DNA of 33,280 bases from Octopus bimaculoides (lineage: Eukaryota): the NCBI RefSeq assembly GCF_001194135.2, contig NC_068991.1, positions 65,805,592-65,838,871 on the forward strand. Reading direction: 5' to 3'. The position numbers and the translations under genes are program-made. Under the pieces are notes generated by a model. That model did no database searches. It was not told the DNA's origin and saw only the letters and a program-made list of their open reading frames with translations. Positions 24,401 to 33,280 of this stretch are shown in pieces; positions within the stretch are counted from its first letter, which is position 1; every line of letters begins with the position of its first letter.

Positions 24401-25990
24401 AAAAAATTTTTTTAAATTAAAAAAATTAAAAAATACAAATAAAAAATTTAAAAATATCTATTTTTGTTCTTGTTTTTGTTTTTGTTTTTGTTTCTATTTC
24501 ACTTTTGCTTTTGTCTCTTGCTCTATATTTGTATGGAATTCTTTGTGAATCTCTGAAGAGGCCTACCGAATCATGCATGTACCCCCATTTCAGCATTTCA
24601 TCCGATAATTACTCCAGCAGGAACTATTCGGATAGAATGGGGCATGCCAAAGCTAGGCCGAAACAGCTGTAAGATTAAGTTTATGGTCATAAACACCTGT
24701 ACTTTGTGTTTTTATTTTTTGTCACTCTAGCTATGAATTAAGTTAATGAATTCAACGGGATACACTGTCTGCAAGTCGTTGGGTTCAGCATATTATCCTC
24801 CATTTTCTAATTGATACATGAATATATTTATATATACTAGGGTACTACATAAGCACCTGCTTCACAAAAAATAGAAGTCAAAATATTCCTAAGCCGCAGA
24901 AGAATCACTAAATTAATACATACATGATTGGAAAAAAATTTAGTGAATAAGAATACCGTCTTATCTCTGCAAAAGTTGCAGAAGGAATGTCAGTTAATCT
25001 GATATCATGATTTCGAATTTAGTGTCAAAATCACCTGATTTTCTTCAGTCAGATCTGCAAGTGACAACTACTAATATTCACCACTGTAATTCCTTCGAGT
25101 GCATGAGCACTATTGCCTGTAAGTCCTTTGAGTGCATGAACACTAGTGAAACAAACAAACTGTGAAATTATTTATAAATATAAAAGAATTATTACTATTC
25201 CTAAAAATAATAATGTTAGTGGCTGCGAGCGTAAAAACTGTATAGGCAAAATTTATAATTATATATGATATATAAATATATTTAATTATACTAGGGTACT
25301 ACATAAACACCTCCTTTGCTTATGTAGTACCCTAACCCCAGTATATATATATATATATATATATATTGGGCCTCACCGAGGCGATGACTACGGACCGAGA
25401 CCTTTGGAAATGGGCTGTGCGTGAGAAGACCCGGCAAGCCAAGTAAGATCGTTGCCAGTGCCCCTGGACTGGTTCTTGTGCGGGTGGCACATGAGATGCA
25501 CCATTTTGAGCGTGGCCGTTGCCAGTACCGCCTGACTGGCTCCTGTAGGATTTTCGAGCGAGATCGTTGNNNNNNNNNNGTGACACGTAAAAGCACCCAC
25601 TACACTCTCTGAGTGGTTGGCGTTAGGAAGGGCATCCAGCTGTAGAAACTCTGCCAAATCAGACTGGAGCCTGGTGTTGCCATCCGGTTTCACCAGTCCT
25701 CAGTCAAATCGTCCAACCCATGCTAGCATGGAAAGCGGACGTTAAACGATGATGATGATGATGATGATATATATATATATATATATATTTTCTAATATTG
25801 ATTTCCTGATGTTCATAATAATGCACTATAAAAATATACAAAATCGCTCGTATTAAATACATAAATACCTTAATAGTATTAATACTTTAACACAATAAAG
25901 CACTCAATATAAATTCAGTATATAATATTCTCATTGAATATATTTAACTAAAGATTTATATATATGTCTATACATACATATACACATAAG

Positions 25991-26026
<36 letters not shown>

Positions 26027-26184
26027 GCACACATACATATCCATCCATACATATATATATATTTATATACATGTATGTATGTGTGTTTGTGTGTATACGT
26101 GTGTGTGTGTGTGTTTACATAGCACAAGTGAAAAATACAAATAAACAGATTTGATTAAAACACATACATCAATAGGCTGGTTGG

Positions 26185-26229
<45 letters not shown>

Positions 26230-26332
26230 ACACACACACACACACATATGTATGTATATATGTGTGTGTGTGTATATATGCATACACACATCAATATTCT
26301 GGTTGCTATCTATCTATCTGTCTGTCTGTCTA

Positions 26333-26381
<49 letters not shown>

Positions 26382-26976
26382 TATATGAAAATATTCGTCT
26401 GATATAACATTCACAATTTTGTGGAACTCCGCATCCTACTTTTACAAATATTTTCATCTTTATTTGCACAAATATTCTATTTTTACAAATATTTTTCATT
26501 TTACAAAGATTTTTACAATATCTTTACAAACCTTTCTATAAAAAGTATAACATTATTTTGAAACCCTCTTATGCCCTATAAGTAGATAATATCTTAAAAC
26601 TAGTTTTAAACTATTTTAAAAATATTTTAATTGCTTAATGTACCTCTGATGAGGGAAATGTGGCCATTTATATTGGTCGGAAGATTCGCCCAATACAAAC
26701 ACAATTTCCTGAAACGATCGTAAGGATATATATGTTATTATATACTACTGCTCGTCTAATTTCATTGTTGGTTTGTAATATTGGAATGCTTGATACCTAA
26801 AAGTTCTATTGAATCTACATCTATGTATTTCATATTCTCATGATTTATATTTTAAGACTGGTTTGATACCATTTATGAGTTTTCATAAAAGAATTTGACC
26901 TATGAAAGTTTGTCCTCCACTTTACTTTATGTTATATATATATATATACATACATCAATAGTCTGGTTCATATATA

Positions 26977-27007
<31 letters not shown>

Positions 27008-29936
27008 NNNNNNNNNNNNNNNNNNNNNNNNNNNNNNNNNNNNNNNNNNNNNNNNNNNNNNNNNNNNNNNNNNNNNNNNNNNNNNTCCTTTTTAATCTAA
27101 AATATACTCTCCTTCATTTTCTACAATGTTCTTTCATCTATCTGGTTGACTTGCAAAATTCACTTGTCCATGATGAAAAATACTCGTCCAATACTGTTCT
27201 GACCTCAACTACAGAATTCATGTTTTTTCCATCCAAATGATTTTGAAGACTGCAGAATAAATGAAAGTCAGATGGGGCAATGTCTGGCAAATATGGTGGG
27301 TGGAGCATTGCTTCCCATTCAAACTGCTCCAGTCTTTGGAATGTCATCCTTGCTGTATGTGGCCAAGCATTATCTTGATGGAAGAACACCTTCCATCTTG
27401 AAACCAAAGATGGTCGTTTTTCTTCTAGCGCTGACTTAAGCTGCTTGCAGTAGATCTCCTTTGTTATCGTTTGGTTTGGGTTTAAAAGTTCAGAATGGAC
27501 TAAACCTTTCATGTCCCACCAAATAGATAACAACACCTTATGGGGGTGAAGACCTTCTTTAGCCTGGGGTGCTGGTATTTCTCCTTTCCCTACATACTGT
27601 TTTCAGCACTTGACATTTTATAGAGAATCCATTTCTCATTACCAGTCTCTATTTGGTCCAAAAAAGGTTCATTCGTGATATGTGACAGCAAAGAAGAGCA
27701 CACATTCACTCTCTGTATGTGATTAAACTCATATAGTTTGTGAGGGATCCATTGACCAAATTTGCTGACTTTTCTGATGGCATGCAGGTGTCGATGAATG
27801 GTTGAATGATCAAACCCAAGCTTCTGTGCTAGTTTCTCAAAAGTTACAATGGGATTTTGTTCCTCCAGGGTTTTCAGGACGTCCTCGTCGAGCTCTACAG
27901 ATCTTCCAGGATGAGGCTTGTCTTCTAGGCTGTAGCTTCTGGCTCAGAATTGTTGCCTTTATTAAACTCATAAAACAAAATATGCTGAATATGCTCCTTT
28001 GTCACTTCCATTATAGCTTTGAAAACATGACTGTTAAGATCAAACTGCACTCTTCAAAACTTGCACTAAGAATAAGGACAATGTAAAATCACTACCTGCT
28101 TTTATAGCAAGTTGATGCAGACAGTTTATCTTGTCCCCCTCCGACTTTTAGTTCATGCAATTGAAAAAAATGCATTATTTATGGGATGATCCAATATATA
28201 TAGTCTGACAAATAGTTTTTCTTCTACAAAACTAAATGTCAATAGGCTTATTGTAATTAACCTAATTCTAACAGGACTAATCATTGCAAAATTTAATTGA
28301 AGAGAATTATAGTAAATTAGTAATAACAAAATTTCTAATAATAGCAGACAGTGTAATGAGATACACTTTGAGAGATTAACAGCTGCAATGCATCTGGGGC
28401 TCTTAGTAGCCACTGCTTGGATGAGTTTTGGTCTCTCTTTGATATTTATTGTGTTTTTAACACAAGAAGTCCATAAAAGATATTACCTCATGATAACTAC
28501 TGCAGTAACTGGCCTATCAACTGTGTATATACATTAAATATGATACATAGATAACCATTTTAATTATGCCTCAGTTGCATATAATAGAGTTTTATTCAAC
28601 CAGGTTGCTATTTGCAACATCAATGAATGCTTTATTCACTTTTTCATATATCAGAGATGATCAATTCTCATCCAAACACGTAGCTGGCTGCAAGTATACA
28701 CTGTTGAAGAGGCCCTAGGAAGCCAAAATGTATTTAGCACTGTCCCAAGCCATTGCTGGAATGAATTTTTGCCTCTGATAGTTATTGTGTTTTTAACACA
28801 ATTTACATAAAAGGTGCTATCTCAGGACAAATACTGTGCTAGCTGGCCTATCAATTGTGTATATACATTAAGTATGATATATAGATGACTATTGTAATTT
28901 AACAGTGTCTCAATTGCATATACAGGATTTGTAACAAATATTATTTTAACACAATTGTAACATAATTATAACAGAAATGGTCACTGAACTTCAACACAGA
29001 AACTGTTGTGGCTCAATGTTTCTATAAATTAACTTATTATAAAAGAACTTATAAACATTTAATTACATATCAAAAACTGAACCTTTTGTAACACAAAAGT
29101 TATTTGTAAAACAAGCATTGTAATAGTTCTGTTAAGGCCACTGTCACACAATATTTCTATATTGTAATAGAATTTATAACATTTTATAATCACTGATTAA
29201 AATGTAATAGAATTTACTAAAATTAAATAATTCATCGCAATATAATAAATCTTTCTGATACCAACTTTCCTGAAAACCCCTTGAGGCCCCTGAGCACAGT
29301 GCTCTGTGCCCTATAGTATTTATTTATTTATTGATAGCCAGCCACAGCATACATATATCAGAACTAGGCCTTCATGTGGCCCAAAAGCAACTGCCCGGTG
29401 TATTCATGCCCTAAGACAGCACTGCCCCAAGTTCTTTGATATCAAATTTTTTGTTTAAAATAATATATATTAAAATTTTCTATTAAAATTTCATGTTAAT
29501 GCATATTCCACATACCAGCTTAATAATGGTTTCAAATTTTGGCACAAGACCAGCAATTTTAGGAGAGGAATAGGTCAATTATATCAACCTCAGTGTTCAG
29601 CTGGAACTTATTTTATCAACCTTGAAAGGATAAAAGGCAAAATCAACCTCAGCAGAATTTGAACTCAGAATGTAATGATGGGCGAAATACCACTAAGCAT
29701 TTTATCTGGTAGCTTAACGATAACTAAATTATTTTACTGAATTCTTTTTATATTTAAAATTAATTGAAAGAAACACAGAGCATCTTAAAATAAATATGTT
29801 AATGAAAGGGTTAAAAGACAACAGTAAGAATTAAAAAAAAACATCCAACTGTACCTGCATCATCCAGACCCAACATTAGAACTCGTTCATTGGTTTTCCT
29901 TTTCCTTGAACAACATGTGGAATTTGAATGCCCCAT
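16614..29936 (-). CDS. ARF-like small GTPase (ARL14/ARL11/ARL4-like), spliced CDS join(29855-29936,22690-22863,19459-19590,16614-16825), 199 aa
   Basis: Four exons of 82+174+132+212=600 nt join in frame through GT-AG phase-1 introns: MGHSNSTCCSRKRKTNERVLMLGLDDAGKSKSLYYMKLNQEIKTLPTLGFNVEQIELDRTNVIIWEVGGHKKSRAQWHHYYSNTIGLIYVVDSSDTHRMEESCKEFLGVIQHPEMQGVPVLILANKQDLSSAISTAAISDYFMLDTTLKDRNWFILSVSSVSGYGFNEALTLLNALVTEFRKRKSSRRKREELTEIKQS*. G1 GLDDAGKS, G2 PTLGFNVE and G4 NKQD are in ARF order. Subfamily call is from recalled similarity only. Confidence 0.93.
16918..17352 (-). mobile_element. Full-length bipartite tRNA-derived SINE (head + internal (TA)/(CA) microsatellite + 3' half ending ..GAAACAAGTAAAAGAGTA), in intron 3
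   Basis: Head matches 5233+, 6433-6594 and 15741-15898; 3' half matches 676-826, 14817-15030 and 22170-22280. Confidence 0.8.
17595..17975 (+). repeat. Two tandem family A repeats with GAT/GAC/GAG tails
   Basis: Core 3' motif gtcaaaccatcc..ccatgccagcatggaa..gatgttaaa occurs twice. Confidence 0.7.
18860..19335. repeat. Compound trinucleotide microsatellite (GAT/GGT/GCT) in intron 3
   Basis: Direct reading; source of two spurious poly-Met/Val/Ile ORFs. Confidence 0.95.
19459..19590 (-). CDS. ARF-like GTPase coding exon 3 (GLIYVVDS...ANKQDL)
   Basis: Acceptor atctctttacAG, donor TTGT|GTAAGT; 132 nt, phase 1-1; contains G4 NKQD. Not in the ORF track. Confidence 0.95.
19776..19922 (+). mobile_element. 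SINE family D copy (head to gap)
   Basis: A-box-like gtggcgagctgg, B-box-like gagttcaaattc. Confidence 0.75.
19962..20184 (-). mobile_element. SINE family D copy, inverted relative to 19776-19922
   Basis: Reverse complement of the same family. Confidence 0.75.
20200..20378 (-). mobile_element. SINE family D copy
   Basis: Same core gaaaggatgaaaggcaaagc.gacc..agcaacatttgaactca. Confidence 0.7.
20454..20774 (+). mobile_element. R4/Dong-type non-LTR retrotransposon, restriction-like endonuclease (RLE) fragment, running into a gap
   Basis: HWVICK...WWEHKP..VLEN...LLWNFTIQTDRKIDANRPDI...LLIDMTVP.D.N...K.SKYKDLEIEISKMW: PD-(D/E)xK-type RLE signature; begins directly after a (TAA)n tract. In intron 2 of the GTPase, antisense. 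Confidence 0.85.
21880..22141 (+). repeat. (GAT)n-tailed family A repeat
   Basis: Family core and tail. Confidence 0.75.
22170..22280 (+). mobile_element. Bipartite SINE 3' half fragment
   Basis: gagaccaataagta..gtgctccagcatggccgcagt is the reverse complement of the 676-826 family. Confidence 0.6.
22285..22625. repeat. Degenerate (TG)/(TATG) microsatellite with a 10-N gap
   Basis: Direct reading. Confidence 0.9.
22690..22863 (-). CDS. ARF-like GTPase coding exon 2 (P-loop end, switch I, interswitch, switch II)
   Basis: Acceptor tttcatattacAG, donor ATAG|GTGAGT; 174 nt, phase 1-1; encodes G-KSKSLYYMKL...TLPTLGFNVE...WEVGGH...WHHYYSNTI-G. Confidence 0.95.
23120..23373 (-). mobile_element. 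Full-length tRNA-derived SINE with 32-bp flanking direct repeat
   Basis: A-box TGGCTTAGTGG (23362-23352), B-box GGTTTCGATTCC (23319-23308); identical flanks ttatattaacattatgtaatataataataaat at 23088-23119 and 23374-23405. Confidence 0.85.
24548..24676 (+). ncRNA. Minimal type-I hammerhead ribozyme with extended loop II
   Basis: AATCT(24548-52)-CTGAAGA(24553-59)-GGCCTA(24560-65)..88 nt..TAGGCC(24654-59)-GAAA-C-AGCT-G-TA(to 24671)-AGATT(24672-76). Perfect 5-bp stem I, 6-bp stem II starting G-C, all core nucleotides, palindromic ACAGCTGT stem/loop III. Confidence 0.85.
24838..25334. mobile_element. MITE-like element bounded by TA + 16-bp TIR GGGTACTACATAAGCA, with an extra internal left-TIR copy
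   Basis: 24838-24855 is the perfect reverse complement of 25317-25334; third copy at 25292-25309 (1 mismatch). Confidence 0.6.
25366..25768 (+). mobile_element. 3' end of an RTE-like LINE (last ORF codons + 3' UTR + (GAT)n tail)
   Basis: LGLTEAMTTDRDLWKWAVREKTRQAK* (25366-25446) resembles RTE C-termini (DR..WR..V); followed by ttaggaagggcatccagctgtagaaac..ccaacccatgc.agcatgg..gttaaacgatgat shared by many shorter copies. Confidence 0.65.
25960..26382. repeat. Compound (TA)/(CA)/(TG)/(TCTA) microsatellite
   Basis: Direct reading. Confidence 0.9.
26643..26725 (+). ncRNA. Minimal type-I hammerhead ribozyme
   Basis: CCT-CTGATGA(26646-52)-GGGAAATGTG..CACAATTTCCT(26700-10)-GAAA-C-GATC-G-TA(to 26722)-AGG. 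About 10-bp stem II (G.U at base, one bulge), palindromic ACGATCGT stem III, short 3-bp stem I extendable past a bulge. Confidence 0.75.
27086..28140 (-). mobile_element. Decayed mariner (DD34D) DNA transposon in intron 1
   Basis: Transposase remnants from ATG at 28011 (MEVTKEHIQHILFYEF..), WIPHKL, TGNEKW (first catalytic D mutated to N), HQDNA-x-HPPYLPDIAPSDF with exactly 34 residues between D2 and D3; frameshifts and internal deletion; one end lost in a gap; outer boundary approximate. Confidence 0.88.
28411..28922. repeat. Old imperfect direct duplication (about 170-bp units, about 340 bp apart)
   Basis: ttattgtgtttttaacacaa..ctggcctatcaa.tgtgtatatacattaa.tatgata.atagat occurs at about 28447-28555 and 28782-28890. 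Confidence 0.75.
29524..29710 (-). mobile_element. SINE family D copy nested in an AT-rich MITE-like repeat, about 150 bp inside intron 1
   Basis: Family core present; flanked by similar agcttaataat / agcttaacgat (probable TSD). Confidence 0.65.
29855..29936 (-). CDS. ARF-like GTPase coding exon 1 (MGHSNSTCCSRKRKTNERVLMLGLDDA-G)
   Basis: ATG at 29936 in A-rich context (aaaATGG); encodes Gly2, beta-1 RVLML and P-loop start GLDDA; ends GCAG|GTACAG, phase 1. Confidence 0.92.
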
Positions 29937-30989
29937 TTTGTTTTTTATATGATCTGTAAGTTTTTGTTTTTTTTTCAGTTATTATTTATATTCTTCTTCC
30001 AGTTCAGCCTCTGCTGATAGATTGTAAATTTTCTAGTCTGGTAGAGAAGTTAATAATGCCTATGACTATCAGTCCTCGTGGACGAAACAGAATAGAGTGG
30101 TTCCTGGAATGAGAGTGTATAGGTTTTTATATACAATCTGTCAGGAAATCAGCTAAAATTGTCCTGATTCACAGCATTCATAACCAATTGACAAGAAGCT
30201 GTAGTCACTGCTGCTGCTGCTGCTGTTGTTGTTGTTGTTGCTAAAATTTATTCAAGTGGGCTGAGAAGTAATAAATAGATGTAGGATGTGGTGGAAGTTA
30301 TTTTAAGTTTGTGGATTCTTCATTTTTTTTTTTTTTTTTTGACATTCTCTTTCATTTTAATAAGAGATGTGCACTTAACACCACTAGTAAATCCACTTTG
30401 AACATCAGTCCCTAATCATGTCAAAGTCAATAATTTTGGTAAATTCATTGTTGCAAACAGCTAGATCAGTGGTTCCCCAAATTTTTCACAACTGTGGACT
30501 CCCTTTTATTTTTCATATATTTTCCTATAGATTCCAAGTTTTTGAAAAGTCTGCTATCTTAATAAATCAACTTCCTTGGCTAATAACAAACACGTTTTCC
30601 CAGTTTCATCTCTCAACCAAAATATGTATCTGAATAATTACATTAATTAAGTAATTATACATTTTACATGGCAGTGTTATTAAAATTTTGAACACAATTC
30701 ACAAACCCTGCATATTACATTTGTAGACCTCCAGGATCAACAGAACTTAACTGCCTTGTTAAATACTCTTCATTAACTTGGGAAATATATGTCTTTCACA
30801 AAGCTTCTCTAAGACAATAAAGCTTTATAACCATATTTTTGTAATTCAAAAAATGTTGCCAGTGATATATTAATCAAATCAATTGCAACAAAATGTATTG
30901 TAACAAAATTGTAACTGAACTTATTGTAATGGAAAACTTGTAGCATGACATTTTGTAACATAAGTTATTAGGAAACTGATAATAATTAA

Positions 30990-31145
30990 CCCATTTGACT
31001 TCAACCCTTCTCAAATTGCCCCTGGTTCTATGTTACAAACTTCCTGTTTAAAATGACCAAGTTTTTTTTATTAAATTCTTCAATATTTTCGAAATGAATT
31101 GAAATAAAGGTAGCGTATTTCAACAGAAATATGGTAACAAATGGC
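30990..31145. mobile_element. Short piggyBac-like MITE
   Basis: TTAA-CCCATTTG ... CAAATGGC-TTAA: TTAA on both sides and an imperfect short TIR. Confidence 0.45.
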
Positions 31146-33064
31146 TTAAAAAATATCTTCTAGGTATTTTCCATCAAAATTAATTTTTTTGAATGTAAAA
31201 TTCTATCAGCTGAGAAAGTTTGCAGTCTTGCAATGAGTTATTCATTTTTCTTTTTCCAACCAACCAAGCACAACTTATGAAAGGAAACAGTCATGATGGC
31301 AGCAGTTGTTGTTATTGTCTCAGCTTGGTTCCGATTAAGTAGAGCTATGGTCAAAAGTGTTCCAGCAGTGACCACCTCATCTTTTATTCTGACACAGGGT
31401 ATCTAGGACTACATTTTCTAGTGTACAATGACTGCGCATTTGTAACTGGCAGCATAAAGATGCATGTTTTTAGAAGTTAAGTATTATGCAACTATATTTC
31501 ATATGAGCTAGTAGCTTCTCTTTGGTAGTTAGTAATGATGTTGTAATAAATGTTTATGATGGTGGCAAAAGATATACAGGCTTAACAGAGCATAGCACTG
31601 TGTTACAGGTCTATTTTCATATGAAAAATACAAAGAAGAGTTGTTTGCTTCTAGATAAAAACTTATACAGTTCTTGCATTTAAAATATAATATCTTCATA
31701 GTTTAACAACCCAGAACACCTATCCTTGTTTATCACGGAAGGTTGATTTAAAAAAAAACACACACACACACAGACACACAGTGATAAAAGAAACATCTCA
31801 ATACATTTGTAAATGAATATAGATTCATTGATACCAAACTTGCAGCCACTGCAGCAAATCTTCTAGCATCACATATTTTCTTCATCACCTCTACCATTTC
31901 CTGTAGAGAATACATTTGTTTGTATCATTTGTTAGGATTAGGTGCCTTCATACTTTTTTTCTGCTCACTGGTCCAATGTGAACGAGTATGGGTGCATAAA
32001 TCATATAAAATATACACAGCCTTGCAGCATAGCCATGTAAATGCAAACAACGGTTAATATATTTTGGGTAACTGAGCATTGTGGGTGGTTGCTGGGGCAA
32101 GTTTTACAGTACAAACAGAATCATTAACTGATTGCCTACCCTTGTTATCATAACCTGAACCATGATAAATGAAACACGGTTCACAATTGAGCAAACTATG
32201 TTATCCTGGATCAGTGATGAATGAATCAGTGACAAACATGGAAAGATGTACAAACCAGGCCTTAATCATATCCAAGCTAATGCTATTCTGTGATACTTCA
32301 ATTACTTTTTCTAACATCTATTATTTTTAAAAGCTGATTGATCAGTCTGAGGCCTATCTAATTACTCCTTCCCAGTATATCTACTTTGTTCGTAGTATAG
32401 GCTGACAACATAGCTAGTACTCCAGCCATTAGGGATAACACCTTATTGTAGAATATCTATGTTTGCCCAACCTACTAGAAATTGCTGCCAAATCATTTTT
32501 GATTCACATCCTACTGTCTTAAATAAAGAAGGATGCGTTGGATAATGGACAATATTGTCCATTGATATACAGAAAGATAGGATGGGCACAACTGGAACAC
32601 CTTCGCTCAGAGTTCTCCTCTGTCATGGCCTATTTGGAGCTAGATCAACACCAGCAGTGATGACAAGAACAAGAACAGCAATAACAAAACCATTGTCATC
32701 ATTGTCATTACCCCCACCACTAGAACCAACACAACCACCATGCCACACCTCACCCCATCACTACCTCAATAAGAGAGTCAGTTCAAGAAAATGGAATGAG
32801 ATTAAGAATCAGGGTATTGAGAGGGGTCGTAGTAGATGTGGAGAGTTGGAAGAGGAGTGGGAGGGTTAGGATGGGTAGGAATTGAAGGATGGTTTGTTGT
32901 GGTTGGGTTTGTCGATAGATGTCAAAATTTAAGGATAATGACTATAAAAGTGTGAGAAGGTGTGGCAGTGAGAAAGGGGAGGGTAATTATTTGAAGGAGG
33001 AAAAAGGGTCGAATTCATAGTTGCTTATAAGGTGGCTAAGGGAGGATTTCCAAGAAAAAAAGTT

Positions 33065-33198
33065 AGGTTGGAGCATTCAGCCATAGAAACTTTGCAGACA
33101 AAGCAATATAGCCAAGTGCAGCTCCCTAGCTTTCCAGCTCCTGTCAAACTGTCAAACCCCTTACTGGCATGGAAGACAGATGTTAAATGATGATGATG
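33065..33198 (+). repeat. (GAT)n-tailed family A repeat, diverged
   Basis: ctgtcaaacccc..ctggcatggaagacagatgttaaatgatgatgat. Confidence 0.65.
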
Positions 33199-33249
33199 TA
33201 TACACATACATACATACATACATGCATACACACACATATATATAAATAT

Positions 33250-33280
<31 letters not shown>

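Noticed and set aside
28700-28735. TTGAAGA-GGC..GCC-AAAA motif
   Set aside because: Both core boxes are mutated; not supportable.
30066-30105. GTCC-TCGT-GGAC-GAAAC resembling a canonical hammerhead stem II
   Set aside because: The upstream box is CTATCA rather than CTGANGA, and there is no stem I; chance or heavily decayed.
31780-31900. Minus-strand acceptor (tattctctacAG) followed by EMVEVMKKICDARRFAAVAASLVS..
   Set aside because: No convincing donor, no recognisable homology, and the frame runs into a TG microsatellite.
1-33280. CRISPR arrays, operons or prokaryotic defence systems
   Set aside because: The sequence is eukaryotic (spliceosomal introns, SINEs/LINEs); no regularly spaced repeat-spacer array is present.

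Overview
AT-rich, microsatellite- and transposon-dense eukaryotic draft-genome window with 9 N-gaps. The repeat landscape resembles octopus/cephalopod DNA (inference from recalled repeats, not a search result). One complete host gene can be assembled by eye although the ORF track shows only one of its exons: a 4-exon, minus-strand ARF-family small GTPase, join(29855-29936, 22690-22863, 19459-19590, 16614-16825), 600 nt, 199 aa, three phase-1 GT-AG introns. It most resembles ARL14/ARL11/ARL4-type proteins but has a non-canonical switch-II motif (WEVGGH instead of WDVGGQ), an MG..S + Cys-Cys + polybasic N-terminus and a basic C-tail. The rest is mobile-element debris: RTE, CR1 and R4/Dong LINE fragments, a Penelope-like RT fragment, a decayed DD34D mariner, several tRNA-derived SINE families and MITE-like elements. 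The most notable non-coding signal is three minimal type-I hammerhead ribozyme motifs. Two well-formed ones lie antisense within intron 1 of the GTPase gene; a third, weaker one lies in a 351-nt-period terminally redundant, retrozyme-like insertion that splits a SINE. Most long ORFs in the supplied track are artefacts of microsatellites and N-runs.
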